Positions 41,901 through 55,200 of a DNA stretch of 64,000 nucleotides are shown in pieces; position 1 is the first letter of the stretch, and the number at the start of each line of letters is the position of its first letter. The stretch comes from Daphnia carinata (taxonomy: Eukaryota). The notes below the pieces were generated by a model. That model saw only the letters and a program-made list of their open reading frames with translations. It made no database searches and was not told the origin of the DNA. Position numbers and translations under genes: made by a program. The DNA is taken from positions 2,294,001-2,358,000 of the forward strand of contig NC_081332.1 in assembly GCF_022539665.2 (NCBI RefSeq). Direction: 5' to 3'.

Positions 41901-44900
41901 TGTGCTGGTCAAAAGGCCCCTTCGGTTTTTTTGTGTGTGTGCCGTGTCGAACGTGATACGCTTCGGGGGTCGGGCCGTTTATTACTCATAAACAGATCGG
42001 TGGCACATGCACGCAACCAGCCAATGGATCAAACCTAATTACAGCTCACACGGCCGATGTATAATGTTGCATAAGCTTTGTACATTGCATATGGAAGCAA
42101 TTGAATGTCATTCTATTATAGTTTTGCATTTTTTTTTGTTTTGTTTTGTTTGGTCATTAGAAATCAATCGTGAAATTGAGTGATTTTCATTTCTGTTTAG
42201 TGGACTCTTCTTTTTTTTTCAACCTGACCGTGGGATTGTTTTTTTGAAAAAAAAGAAGAAAAAGAAAAAAAAAACCAATAATGAGGGGGGAAGAATTGAT
42301 TAGGAAAGAAAATTACTGCTCTGCACCTGATTTGCCTGGCCTTTTCTTTAATTTTCGGAATGATAACGAGTCTATATAGTTCTTTATTGCATCTCCATAT
42401 ACCGCGCTAATCCGGTATATTTAAGAATCATCACTAGAATCATCCGTCAGGGCAACCAGTTTCTATATCATAAGTATAGAATAGATATATTAAACAACTT
42501 GTATTATCTATATATTTTTCTATTTACAATTCCAGGCAGGGAAATGATGTGACCTGCCTGTTTTATACACACACAAGCATTATTTGACAAAGAACAAAAA
42601 ACAATCCGAGTTCATTGGCTCTTACCGTCAGCCTCATTTCATCCGGTCTCGCAAATGATGATGGCCTCATTATGCATCATCTCCTTCATTATAAATATAC
42701 GCATGTCCAGGAGATGAGACACACACATTTTCGAGTCTATCCTGGATCGAACCAGATTGTTGTTCTATTCGTTTGTCGTATATAATCACGCCACTGTAAC
42801 ACACAGTTGATGAGTGCCCCCTTTTTTTACTTTTATCTTCGGACGTCATCACGTGGTCAATCCAACATATTAATTGAATGAAGCTCATGCATTTTTAATG
42901 CGATGCAAATAAGGAAAAAAAAAAGGAAGAAGAAGCAAAAATAACGACCGTTGTCCGCTTCATAACGAAGCACGTAACAAGAAATCATATTCCAACTGAA
43001 AATCATAGAGAGAAAGAAGGAAGCTATCTGGGCATTTAATTAGGAAAAAGAATATGTACATTATGTACGGGCTACTGGTTTACAGCCACGATCATCTGAA
43101 AGGAACCGGATCTTATCATCAGCAAGCTCTAATGGGATTATTGACTAACAAAATATCACAACAAGAAAAATCAAAAGAAACAAAAAAAGTGGTGGTGTGT
43201 TACACACACGTAGATGATTGAAATCGATATTTAAGAACGATACATTTAATCAACGCCCCAAAGATTTTTGTGACTTTCGATGTCACGCACTATTTTCATA
43301 CGCATATGTAGAAAGGACGCGTGCGCCAACCAGTTCAATAAATCTGGCTCTTGAATTCATACGTGGGGAGGGGCGTCGTTGGCGTCGGTCTTTTTTTTTT
43401 TTTGCTATTTTTTATATATCGATTTTCAGAGCAAGTCGGCGGCCAATAGAATATTCCAACTCTCTCCTCTCAATCTCTTCTATGTTTTTTTTCAACGTCC
43501 TGAATTTCAAAGAGTCTGCATCCGACGACGACACGGGGTTGGTCGGCATGCATAAAAAGGGTGGCGTATGTAGATCGGGACCGTATAGAAAGGGGTACGG
43601 ACCCCGCCCTTCCCTCCATTTCATTTTTTTTTTTTGCATTTATGATGTTCAACCCCTTTCGCTCCCTTTTTCAATCGTCTCTTTTTTTCTATCCTGCTGG
43701 ATCCAATCCAAATTCAGCATTGGATCGCTCTTTTATAAAAGAAAAGATAAAAAAAAAAACAGGTCAATGATGATTTAATTTTTGGATTGAAAATGGATTA
43801 AATTGGCATGATCGGCAATGCTGTCTAAATATGAAAAATGATTTCGAGCGTATCGTACTTTTAAACAATCAAGTCTAGATAGATTACTGATTACGAAAAA
43901 AACAAAAATCCCGTTTCTTTTTTCGAGTTCTTGGCGTTTTCTATTTCTTTTTTCTTTGGTGGTGTGGGTACAGTGTGTAAGAACAGGAAACCGCCTCTTT
44001 TGTTTTGTATATTTTTATGGCTGTGGCTTCCACTAAATAATAACAACACGTGCACCCCACGCTGTGTTGCTTCGTCTAGAAATGCACCTCTTTTTTTTTT
44101 ATCTTCTTCTTCTTCTTTTTCTTAGCTCTCTCTCTCTTTCTGTGTGTATAGTGTGTTCCATTTGGTTCTTTTTTTTTTTCGTTGTGGCAGCAACAGTAGC
44201 CAATGACGACCGGACGGAAATACACAGTATATCCAACGGGTCTTTGGCGTTCCACGTTAACGAAGAAAGAAAAGATTTTTTTTCTTTTTCCAAGATGTTA
44301 GTTCTCGTCAAAGAATAGGACAATTGGTCACGCCATCATTTTCAATTACAATGCGTAATCACGTATGTAAATTTGTTGTTTGATTTCGCCCTATTTTTCT
44401 TCTTCTTCCCCAATTACGGTGGGGGGGGGAGAGAAATGGAAATTCGGCCGGAAGCATTGTGTAACTAGAAAGGGGGGTGGGGGATGCATCCAGCAACGGT
44501 CAGTACTTGACGATGAAGTAAAAATAAAAGGAAGGGTGGGGAGAGACCCGAGTATATTTATTTTATAACTAAGAAGAAGAAAAAAGAGTATAGTGAACGC
44601 CCTGGCAAGATTGAATCACTCACGGTCATTGGTCAGTCGCCTACGGCACTTTTACTAATGGCCGCTGCTACCGTTTGTAGGACCGAGCAGCTTCAAATAG
44701 TCGATAGTCCCTACTGGCTTTTCTCTACGTTCAAATCAATCTATAATGCGAAGGCACCAGCAAAACGTATAAACATATCAGGTCTATATATATATTGAAT
44801 GTAAAGATTGGAATGATTCTTAGTACAAGATAAAAAGCGTCGAAGCCCAAACAGAGACGCCAACCGAAAATCTCCACCAGGTCTCGCGGCAAGACCACTG

Positions 44901-47900
44901 GTCGATCAATGGCTGCCCTGGTTCGCCACTGATCTTTGGCAGCCCTTTTTTTTTCTTCGTCTTCTCTCGACGTTGCACACGTTTGTGTTACGAGACGAGA
45001 AGCTCGTGCCATGTTTATTTCAATCCATTTTAAAAGGACCTCTGTAAAGCCAACAGAACATTTTTTTCTTCCAAAGAACTTGCTTTTCTATTGAAATAAA
45101 AAAAACGGTTTTTCTAATGATGTATTGAAAATGTTAAAAAAAAAAACGGCTGTGTGTGTGTGTTGAGAAGAATAGAAGAAAAAAGTCCACTGTTGATGTG
45201 CCCGATCTCATTCGCTATATGGTTCTCCTCCCCCACCCTTTTCTTATTTTTTTTGTGTTGTCCAGGGACGCCTGGCATTCTCCTGCGCGGCCCGTCTCAA
45301 TCGATAAAGAAGCTGTAGCTCTGCCGGATACTGGACCAGAGTTCCCTGTATGTGTGTGTGTGTGTGCGTGTGTAGACTAAAGGAGGGGGGAGGGAAGATT
45401 TGGACTTCTTGTGTAAAGATCAATCAATTTCTCTTTCCTGGACGTTTTCTTACATTTTAATTCCAGTTAGACGAATCCATCCAATTAGAACAACACGTTT
45501 TTCAAAAAAAAAATCATTGACTGAAATGATATGCAAAAAAAAAAAAAAAACAAGGTTATGCAGGAGGCATTTTATTCAAATGAGGGAAGACGATTGAAAA
45601 AAAACTGGTCGTACGGGATTGGCCGTTTCTCGTCCAGGGATAGCAAAAGGGGGAAGTTTGAGGTGGGATTTTGAATTGGACGTTTGAATTGAACTCTCTC
45701 CTCCCATTTGACAGTTTGTCTCCCCCCTTTTCTATTTTCGCCCCCTTGTGCCACAAGCTCGTTTGCATGCAGCTGGCTTCCAACATTGGGCGACGTCGAG
45801 GCGCTTGCGCACGATCGTTACAAGACGCCTGCTGCAATTTCTTATTCTTACCCATCCTCCTGATATGGTTACAAGGACCCTCCATGAACACACATCTTCT
45901 CTCCTTTCTTTACCACCCCCGTCGTTGCTTTTCTATTCCCCTCCCCTTCTCTTTTTCATTCGGCTGCTTCTGCCCTTTTTTTTTTTATTTTTGCCTCTTT
46001 CTTTTTCTTTGATTTGCTTCTTGAGTCGTCGGTGGTTTGTGCGTGTTTTTCGATATTCCAAACGCACACACACACACGGACAGTGGGGAGGGGGGACGCC
46101 ACACAGTGTGACTCTCCGTTAGCAAAAAACCGACAAGTTCAGCTTCTAAAACATACAATCAACGAAAGGAAAGGAATCGTTTTCTGAAAACTTGACAGTG
46201 TCGCCATCGGCAATTCTTCCTTTGCCTCCCCTTGTTTGGTCGTCTGCAAAAAATAGTGATTGAGTTTCAAGTGTGACCAGCCGCCTGGAAGAAGATTTTC
46301 AGTTACACACATTACATATCTTTTTTATATGCCGTTGTGCGATAGGATTTTTTCCCTTTTGGAACAGGTTGTGTCCAGGTAAGAAACGTTTTCTTTTTAA
46401 TTTTTTGGATTTTGTATGTGCAAAAATGGCGGGGGGATAGAAGGAATGTTTTTCCCTATTGTGTGTGTGTGTGCGCCCCCTTTTGAGCATCTTTTCGACA
46501 TTCATTTGTCAGATGACCATCTCGATGGTTTCATTACTGGAACGATTGAGTTTGTCGGATGTTGACCCTCTTTTCTGTTTACCTCGTTGTTTTTCTCTTT
46601 CGATTTGTGCGAATTCCCTCTTTTTGACGCACGTAGCGTCTCGACATCACAAGATGGCCTCCGTTTCCTACATGTCTTGGCACGTCCAAGAAACAAAACA
46701 AATTCCGCGTCTTCGCGTCTGCTCAGTGGCTCCTGGACAAATTTTCGAAGAAAGAAGAAAGAGAAATACAAATCTATCGATGTTTTAAAAAAGAATAATA
46801 ACAGGGCAAAGTAAAAATTGGGACACAACTGCTTGTTAAAAACAGTGTTGCCGCTTTGTCTTTTCGCAGTTAGTTAATGGCCATTGTGCCGAATGACCCT
46901 GTTCCTTCCTTTTACCGCCAACCGTTTTTTTTTCTGAAAAAAAAGAAGGGAAATTGGTTTTTATTTTTCCGACTAATAAAAATGAGTGAAGCACTTGCTT
47001 TCCTCCCTTCTGTGTCAACCAAGAAAATCCATTTTGTGAAAAACGAGGGGTGTCTGTGTGAGAGGTGGGGGTGGGACTCGGAAGTAGATGACCGATAGGA
47101 ACAGAGGACCAACTGTAAGACCAAATATACGTTGATCGAAGTATTTTCAATTTATGTAACCTATTCTGTTGATGATTATTTCTGATTTTCGAGTGTGTGT
47201 GTGTGTGTGTGCTGTTCTCTGACCCCCCCTCCTCCATCTCCCCCCGCGCTCTTCGATCGAAAATGGCTCCAGGGCTGCCATATTGTATGTACACATAGTG
47301 GTTGACGGTCTATATGTATACCGTACTTTTTTTTTTCTTATTTCGGAGAGATGACTACGAGCTCGAAAAATTGTCATATAAATATACATCCATGGCGAAA
47401 CCCCCTCTCCACCCCCGCCATCCCTCACATCCTGTGTGTGTGTGTGTTGGAAGACCCCCTTTTTTTCTCTCTTTTCGTTTCTTCTTCAGGGGGGGATTTT
47501 TCTTCGGAAAAGAGGGGTAAAAATGCCAGAAATACGGATGAATGTGTCGAGTAAAGAGGAAAGAGCTGATAATGGTTGGGGCCATCGCAGGAGAAGCAAC
47601 GGCAAAAAAGGGCGAAATAAGGGAAAAAGGAAAAGACCATTGTGCATATTGAAGAGAGGGGAGAAAGTCCAGGGAGGGTGGGGAGAGCATCAATATATGC
47701 AAGTGTCCACCACCGACTACCAATTTCCACAGATGAAGGAAACGGACGATGGAGCCTCTTTTTTTCCCCTCGTTTTTCCCTTTTTATTCCGCAGCAGCCA
47801 CCCACCCCCCCTCTCTTATTCCGTCGGAAAAAAAAAGAAGGAAAAAATCCAACGTCTAAGGGACCTTGCACAATATCATCCGGCATACATATCCATATAA

Positions 47901-48339
47901 GATTAATGATGGCCTCCTTTTCTTTTTTGATCCCGAGAGTGGTGAATTCAGACCCCGGTTTCAATCTACACACACACACACCCAGACCAAGAAATCCAAT
48001 GAATGATGTATGTATGGATATCTGCGAGAATGGATCACTTCTTTTGAACCATCGTTTCAAAAAAGAAAGAATATCATGACATGTTTTTTATTTTTCAAAA
48101 TGATTGTTATTTTCAAATTATTCATGTTTTTGGCGAAAATGCGTAAAATTGGCAACGGGGCATCGGCCATGATTCCAATTGAATCGTTCGAATTTCTCTC
48201 TCTCTTCCCTTTTTTTTTTTTTATAGAAGGCGACATTTTGAAAATTCAGAGCACAATAACACACGCATTTAACAGTTTTGGGTTTATAGACACACACACG
48301 CTCACACACACCGAGAAAAAAAAAAGGGAAGTAGGAGGT

Positions 48340-48430
48340 GGCTGAAAAACGAGTCGCGTGAGTTGGGCGGAGTCGAGGCGTTTGCATTCGACCAATAGCG
48401 AGCCATTGAACCAGTTTGGAAACGAACCCT
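48340..48430 (+). promoter_or_regulatory. Candidate proximal promoter of the POU gene
   Basis: GC box GGGCGG at 48365-48370 and CCAAT at 48392-48396 in a locally GC-rich patch ~850 bp upstream of ATG 49231. Motif-only evidence. Confidence 0.3.
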
Positions 48431-49230
48431 GGGCTGGACCCTGTTACGAACAGCATACTCTACACACACATATGTAACCTTCCCTTTTGATATATATATA
48501 TATATTTTTACCTCCCTCCTTTTCTTACCACTACCCTACCACCACTATAGTCTATTCGGTTGTAATACGTACGTAGAACTCGGGTTGTCTCGCTTTTGAA
48601 AGATAGAAAGAACAGTTTGTGCTGCCCCCACGGGCTATATTATTTCCCAGGGTAAAAAAAAAAAAAAAGGCCTGCCAAGGTCTTTCCCTTTGGGTTGTGT
48701 GTAGTCTTGGGCACTGCTTTCATTGCGAGTTGAGCGCCGGCTGCAACCAGGTGTGTTTTTTTGTATTTGAGAGAGCTTCATGACCCAACTTGCATTTTTT
48801 TTGGCCGCCAACAAAACATCACAGCTCCATGCAAATAGTGTTGGGTTTTATTTTTTAATTCTGTGAAATTCTAACGCGGCGTTGTGTTTGTGTGTCTGTG
48901 TGAGTGTGTATCTTTCGTGTGTTTACGTGTGTTTGAATTCGGAATCGAAAACAAGGCCATCACCGGCTTTTAAGGCCCGCCATGGATTCTTTCATCGGTG
49001 GCTCTTTGAAGAAGATGAAACAATAATCGAAGACGTCCATGTGCAGATTTTACGTGTGTGTTGCGTGACGCCCGCCTCCGAATTAAGAAAAAAAACAAAA
49101 ACTGTTGGTCTGCCACTGAGAACGCAGAGTTTCTGTTATGAAATCGTCTCGTCTAGTCTTGTAATCCAATCTCTTATCCGAAAACAAAAGAAAAACGCTT
49201 GTATTTGATTTTCGATTGTCATCATCATTG

Positions 49231-52200
49231 ATGCCTGTGCAATTCCGCTCGATCCAGCCAGTGTCGGTCAACGACAGAATGAAGAAACTGGACCAGTTTG
49301 ATCAGCACGCCATTCACCGAGGTCCAACTGGCGTCGTCTTGCCGGTCGGAGGAGGAGGAACAGGAGCAGGCCGGACTAGTAGTTCAAGTAACAGCGCAGG
49401 AGGTCAATCATCGACGTCATCGTCGACATCTTTCCGGATGCCCTCGTTGACGATGCCACTTAATATGCCCATCTCATTGGCCATGGCATCGGTGCCGGCG
49501 TTAAACAATCTCAACACTCTGACCGGTTTAAGTGGTTTGGTTCATCATTCGTCTGCGGTCCATCCGACGTCGTCTCAACAGTGTCTCGCATCATCGACGC
49601 CGCCATCGGTCGGCAGCGCTGGAAGCCTCGGAGCCAATTCGTTCACCGACTCGGATTCGGACGACGCCGAAATGGCCAACCAAACGCAGCACGATCATCA
49701 ACGGCGTCCGTTAACGGCCAAACATCGAACTCATCACGCGCACGCCAAGTGTGACGGTAAGTTCGAAAATCATATACATTTTTTTTTATCGCTATTTTGT
49801 ACTGGATAAAATTTGGGAAGGAGGACTCGATTTGGTTGACAGAGTTTTCCCGCTCTGTCGGTTTGCCCCGTTTCTAACGTGAGGTCTCATTTTTTTTTTT
49901 CAAAACGAATTTTCAGCTGATGTAAGAAACTCGGGGCGTATCCGTTGATTTTCAAAATGTTGATGTGATTAGTCATTCTGTGCCTACCTGCAATCCTGAC
50001 ATTGATTGACCTTCGTTCTAATCTATACCTTCTCTCTTTTAAGAAATAAAAACGAAGGGGAAGAAATAAAAGAGACAATGAAGCTCTTTTGTTATTCAAA
50101 TAGAGTTTGTGAAAAAAGAACAGCCATGAAATCTGTGGCGTCATTGCCACTGGTTTTCTTTCTTTTTTTAATTATTTATCAAAAAAAAAAAAAAAAGGTG
50201 GGGGGGTTTAATCGTTTTTCTATACGACTACCGAACGATGATTAGTACAAAAACTTTCCAACTTTTTTTTTTTCTTTCCCAAAATTTTTATTTAGATAAT
50301 TGGTTGAGCTGAATTGTGGTATTCAACAATTGTGAAATTTTTTTTTTTGAAACAAAAAAAAAAAAAAATTCCTCAAAACATTTTCATTTGAAAATGCAGA
50401 AATTAAGATCATTTGCAATCAATGAAACCAAAGTGAAGCGACAATAAAAACTACACACACACACACACACAGGAGTCGTTGAGTTTAGCCGTGAAAGTTC
50501 AGTTTTGTTGCCAATATGTCCTACTTTTTTTTTTTAGTTAATCCGTAATAATAATATTTCTCGGTCGCGAGCCATTAAACGATTGTGCGTACTCGCCTCT
50601 TATATTTTGTGTCTATGCTCTGTATCTCTTCCCCAACAACCGCAAAACTCCACATTTTCTGTATTTTTTTTTTGTATGTTTGAATGATGGGCTTTTTTTC
50701 TTAAAACATTCGACACGCTTGATTGCTGACACACAGTTATAACCAACGATTTCTCCCCCTTCCTCTTGATGCAGTCAAAACGTCGATTCCAAAAAAAGAT
50801 TTTGAGTTAAGACTTATCATTTGAACAAAAGAGAGACATCTAAATTTCTCCTATTGATTTTGTTGATTGGACCAAAAGAGAAGGGGAAGGGATGGGAATA
50901 AAGAAAGAAAGAAAAAAAAAAGAGGGCGACGTGTGTCACGTGGCGCCTTGTCAGTTAGCTGCTCAAGTTACCATCATCGCAATAGCCTTTAGTTTTTTCC
51001 CAGAGAGAAAAGGAGAAGAGCCCGGGCGTCCGACGCTGGGTCCCCCGGAAAAGCAGCTTAGCGACCGGTTACCATAGCGACGCCCATCATTCAGACTTCT
51101 TTTCTTTTTTCTTTCTTCCTTTACTCTCTTTTTTTTTTTGCTTTCATTAACGCCTTCTTCCAACTTCTTTTATTCTTATTACCCAACGCCCCCCCCCCAC
51201 TTTTTTCTTCTGCCTGTAACCTCCGAAAAAAAAAAAAATTGTATTCCGCGCCATTTTCTTGTATCGACTTTTCTCTTGGATGGCGTCGTCGGCGTCGACC
51301 TATTTTCTTCTATAAAAAGAGAGGCAAAGCTCCGTCGCCTTTCTCCTGATATATATATATAATATAAAACATATATGTATTTATTTATTTATTTATTTTT
51401 TGTATATGTGTGTGTGTGTGTATGCTCCCGACCGGAGGCGTCGAGGCTGAACCGACTCTGCCACCCCGCCTCCTTTCCCTTCTTATTCTTCTTCTTCCTG
51501 CAACTCACATATAAGCATAGAGAGAGAGAGAGAGAGAGAGCTGGCTTCTCTCTCCTCCCGGCGCCGCCCGCACAGCGGACAAATTCCACCAATTGATCGA
51601 GGGCCGCCGCTCGTGACGCCACACGCACACACACACACACACACAGACGAAAAAGACTGCCACTTTTGTTTATGGAAGCGAATTATTTCTTTTTCTTTCC
51701 TTTGAGAAAAGACAAAAATGTTCCGAGTTTTGAAATGGGTGACTTGAACGCCGGTATGCAAATGATCTGAAACGGGACGGACATTAAAAAAGAAAAGCGA
51801 GTCCGATGAACCAAACAATTCTTTTTTTCTGTTTCCCGAAATCGTAGAAATGAAATAAAAAAAAAGGGAAAACCACATTGAAACAATGTCGTCTGTACCC
51901 CACCCCGAATAACCGATTCTAAAAACAATGGCCGCCGTGCTATCGATGAGCCTTAGGGGCCTATGATTAGACACTGGACGAAATAATCAACGACAACAAA
52001 AAAAAGTTAGAAAGTACATCGTTCTTCTTTTTTTTTTTGTTGAAATTTTATTCCCAAGTAGGAAAATTGGTGGAGCGCACGCCATTAAAAAAAAACGTAC
52101 GAAAGAGTGGGAAATAAAACAAAATAAAATGAGTAAGTAGAGGAACCATTTGCCTCCCACTAACAGGGGGGGGGGAACACTTTGAGTCGTTACACATACA

Positions 52201-55200
52201 ACAACCGACCCGATAATTTAAATGTAGCCTGGTCACGCACACACCTCGTTTTCGCCACTAATGTTCCAGTGTCCAGGCATCGGTTTGCGTTCACATTACA
52301 AGAAATGGTTAGAGGGGGATAGAAAACGAAGCGGATAATTTGTTTGTAACTACTAAACTTTTCTCATCCCGTTTGATGTAAAAATAAAACAAACCACCGT
52401 AAATTTGTTTGGGTATTGTCGTGCAACGTCACATTAGCGCCCCTCAGGCATTGTCGATTGAGCGATTCGTCCGCCATTTTGATTTCCTCAATTCCTCCGT
52501 TTTTCATTCAACATAAGAGGGAACAGAAAAAAAAGGTTTTTATTTTTATGGTGTCTTGTTAAGTTCTTCCCCCCTCCCCTGCAATAATGTCCGCACACAC
52601 ACACACACGCACAAAAAATAGATGTTTTTTTTTGGGGGGGGGGGATAAAAATGCGTTTTCCATCATGGTCGATAGAACTTGACCGTTTTTCTTCCTCCAT
52701 TTTGTTTTTTTATTGTGGATGCATTTTATTAGTCAAATTTTTGAATTAAAGTCTTCGACTAGGTTTTATGTCCACCCACCGTTGTCTCGTTTATTTTCTC
52801 GGGTTTTTTTCGTTTTTGTGGGTCTGGCAGTTTGAAGGTGTTTAATGCCAGTTTTGGGAAAGTTTCTAGAACAATCGTTTTGCGGTTTGGTGTAATTTTG
52901 GTTGTTTTCTTTCATGTTCAATTTGTGTGTGTGTGTATGTGCCCGGACCACATAGTTTTGTTGTTGTCGCCCGTCTTGTTGCATTTACCTTTTCTCATGT
53001 GAACCTTTCTTTTCTTTTGGTTTGAAAAAGAAAAAAAAAAAAAATCTTGTTCCATTAATCACTCTGCTGGGGACTGGCGGTAATGAAGGCGACTTGCATC
53101 AAATGGGGGAGGGTTGGTCGTGTATTAGCAGACGACTTGAGTTCGTTTGTTGCCTACGGCATTTTTGCAGACAACCAGAACATTATTCTTTTTTTTTTTT
53201 GGTTCGGTGTGTTCCGGTTGACCTGCATTTATTATTGGTTGAACGGTTTTTCAAACCAATTTGTTGTTTTATTTTATGTTTGAAATAGTCCATTTTTTGT
53301 TTTCTTGAATTCTTCGTTACTATTGTAATCATTAGTGGACGATATTCCCGGCCCATCCGAAAGAAAAGAAAGGATCGAAAATGGCGGCATTTGGGGGTTG
53401 AGAACAGAAAATTGGTATTTTGCATGTGTTGGAATATTCATAGGAGACAACGAGTTTATCGAAAACCTTTTAGTTATTCGAAAATGTATCGAAGGCATGT
53501 AAAATAACCCTCCCACCCTCCTTTCGTTGAAGGTCACCCATCTCGAATGTCCGTCACATCTGACGTGTACAAGTTTTTTTTTTGTCCCCCTACCTCCTTA
53601 CTGCTCCAGGGATTTGCATACCCCCCCTTCCTTTTTTTGGGGGTAGTTTTAATAGGAAAAAAAAACGGGCGTAGAAATTTCAAAAAAAAAGATGGGAGGA
53701 AAACAAAAAGATTTTTTTTTTGTTTTTGCAGCCCCTTCCTCCATTTTTTAAATTTCCCCTATCGGCCATTTTGGCAGTTTTGAGGTATGTGGCTTAAACA
53801 GGCCTCAGTCTATGCAGAGCCAGCGATCAGTGTTGTGCACAGGAATAATTCGAGCGCCAGTTTTTTCTATTCCATGTGCTTTACCAGTGTTTGCTTGCCG
53901 GTGAATAAATCAACACACACACACTTGACGGGTAAAACTTAAAATAATAATTTGCATATTTAATAAGGTTCATTGTATTTAAATGAGTCTCGAAAATTCC
54001 GACACACTTGATCTGGATATAGTTTTTTTCTTTTTAAATTCTCTCGGCTTGTTGTGTCGAATCAATTGACCTTATGATGTATCCAAAGGCTTACAGATAC
54101 ATCCGCCCCAATTTCATGCATACACACACACACATAATCAAAAAAAGGGGTGGTAGTGGTGGCATTGATTTGTCTATTAACCACTTTTTTTTTACTTCCC
54201 CAACTCTATACAATATATATTTTTTTTCCTAGCTTGTATTGTTATGACCCTATACTCTCATAACCAACAAAAAAAAAGGGCTTGTGCGCTTGATTATTGA
54301 ATTTTCCATTCATCAGCACGTGTCATTGAGTCAAGGGATTGGCGTTTAGAATATCTTTTGTTCAATTTTTTTTTCGCCATCGTAACAACCCCTTCTCTTA
54401 AACGCAACAGGCACCCTAAAAAAAACGAAGGGGTTGTGTGTATATTCAATGCTCTATTGAGCTTGTCAGAGGTTATTTTTTTTGCTCCCATCTAAATATA
54501 CCGGTGTGTGTGTGTTATAGACACGTTTTTTTTGCTGCTATCATAAATAACGGTTGTTATAACCCTAAACGACTCACCCCTTTTATTGTACGCGTGTGAT
54601 GGGGTTTTTATATAATTCAGTCGATCCCAATAGATATAGGGTTGCCTAATAAAAAAAAAAAGGGGTGCAAGTGGTGGTGGGGGGGGGCGCGGGCACGGGT
54701 CACAGCGTACATTCGTGTGTGTGACCGGTGGGGGTTATATGGCGGTTGTTGTTATAATCCAACCCACCACCCCATATATAGACTGTTGCTGTTTAATCTT
54801 AACACTTAATCTACCCCTCGTGTTTTTTTTTTGTGTGTGTTGATCGAAATAGATATTAGATGTGAGTGTGTGACGGGGAGTGAAAAAAAAGAGCAACCCT
54901 CTCTCTGCGGTGGGTGTGTTTTCAATTTGTAACGTGGCTTGATTGTTATATATTTTTTTTTTGTGTGTGTGGGGGGGGTGGCTTATTGCTCCACCTACCG
55001 ACATCCGAAAAACAAGTAGCAATTGTAAATAGTGGACCGTTTGAAAATTGATTAAATAACGGGGACAAGTCATTTTGTATTGGTTCTTTTTATGATTGAT
55101 ATTGATGTATGAAGACGTAAGTTGGGTTGAGTCGAGTCTATTTCCGAGGGTTAGACGAGGTGTGTTGCGCTCAAACGGGACGGGATTATTTGTGTTAAAA

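Noticed and set aside
21615..48456. Numerous 60-210 aa ORFs in the intergenic region
   Set aside because: Dominated by poly-F, poly-K and CV/HT runs from homopolymers and microsatellites, with no domains or consistent exon structure.
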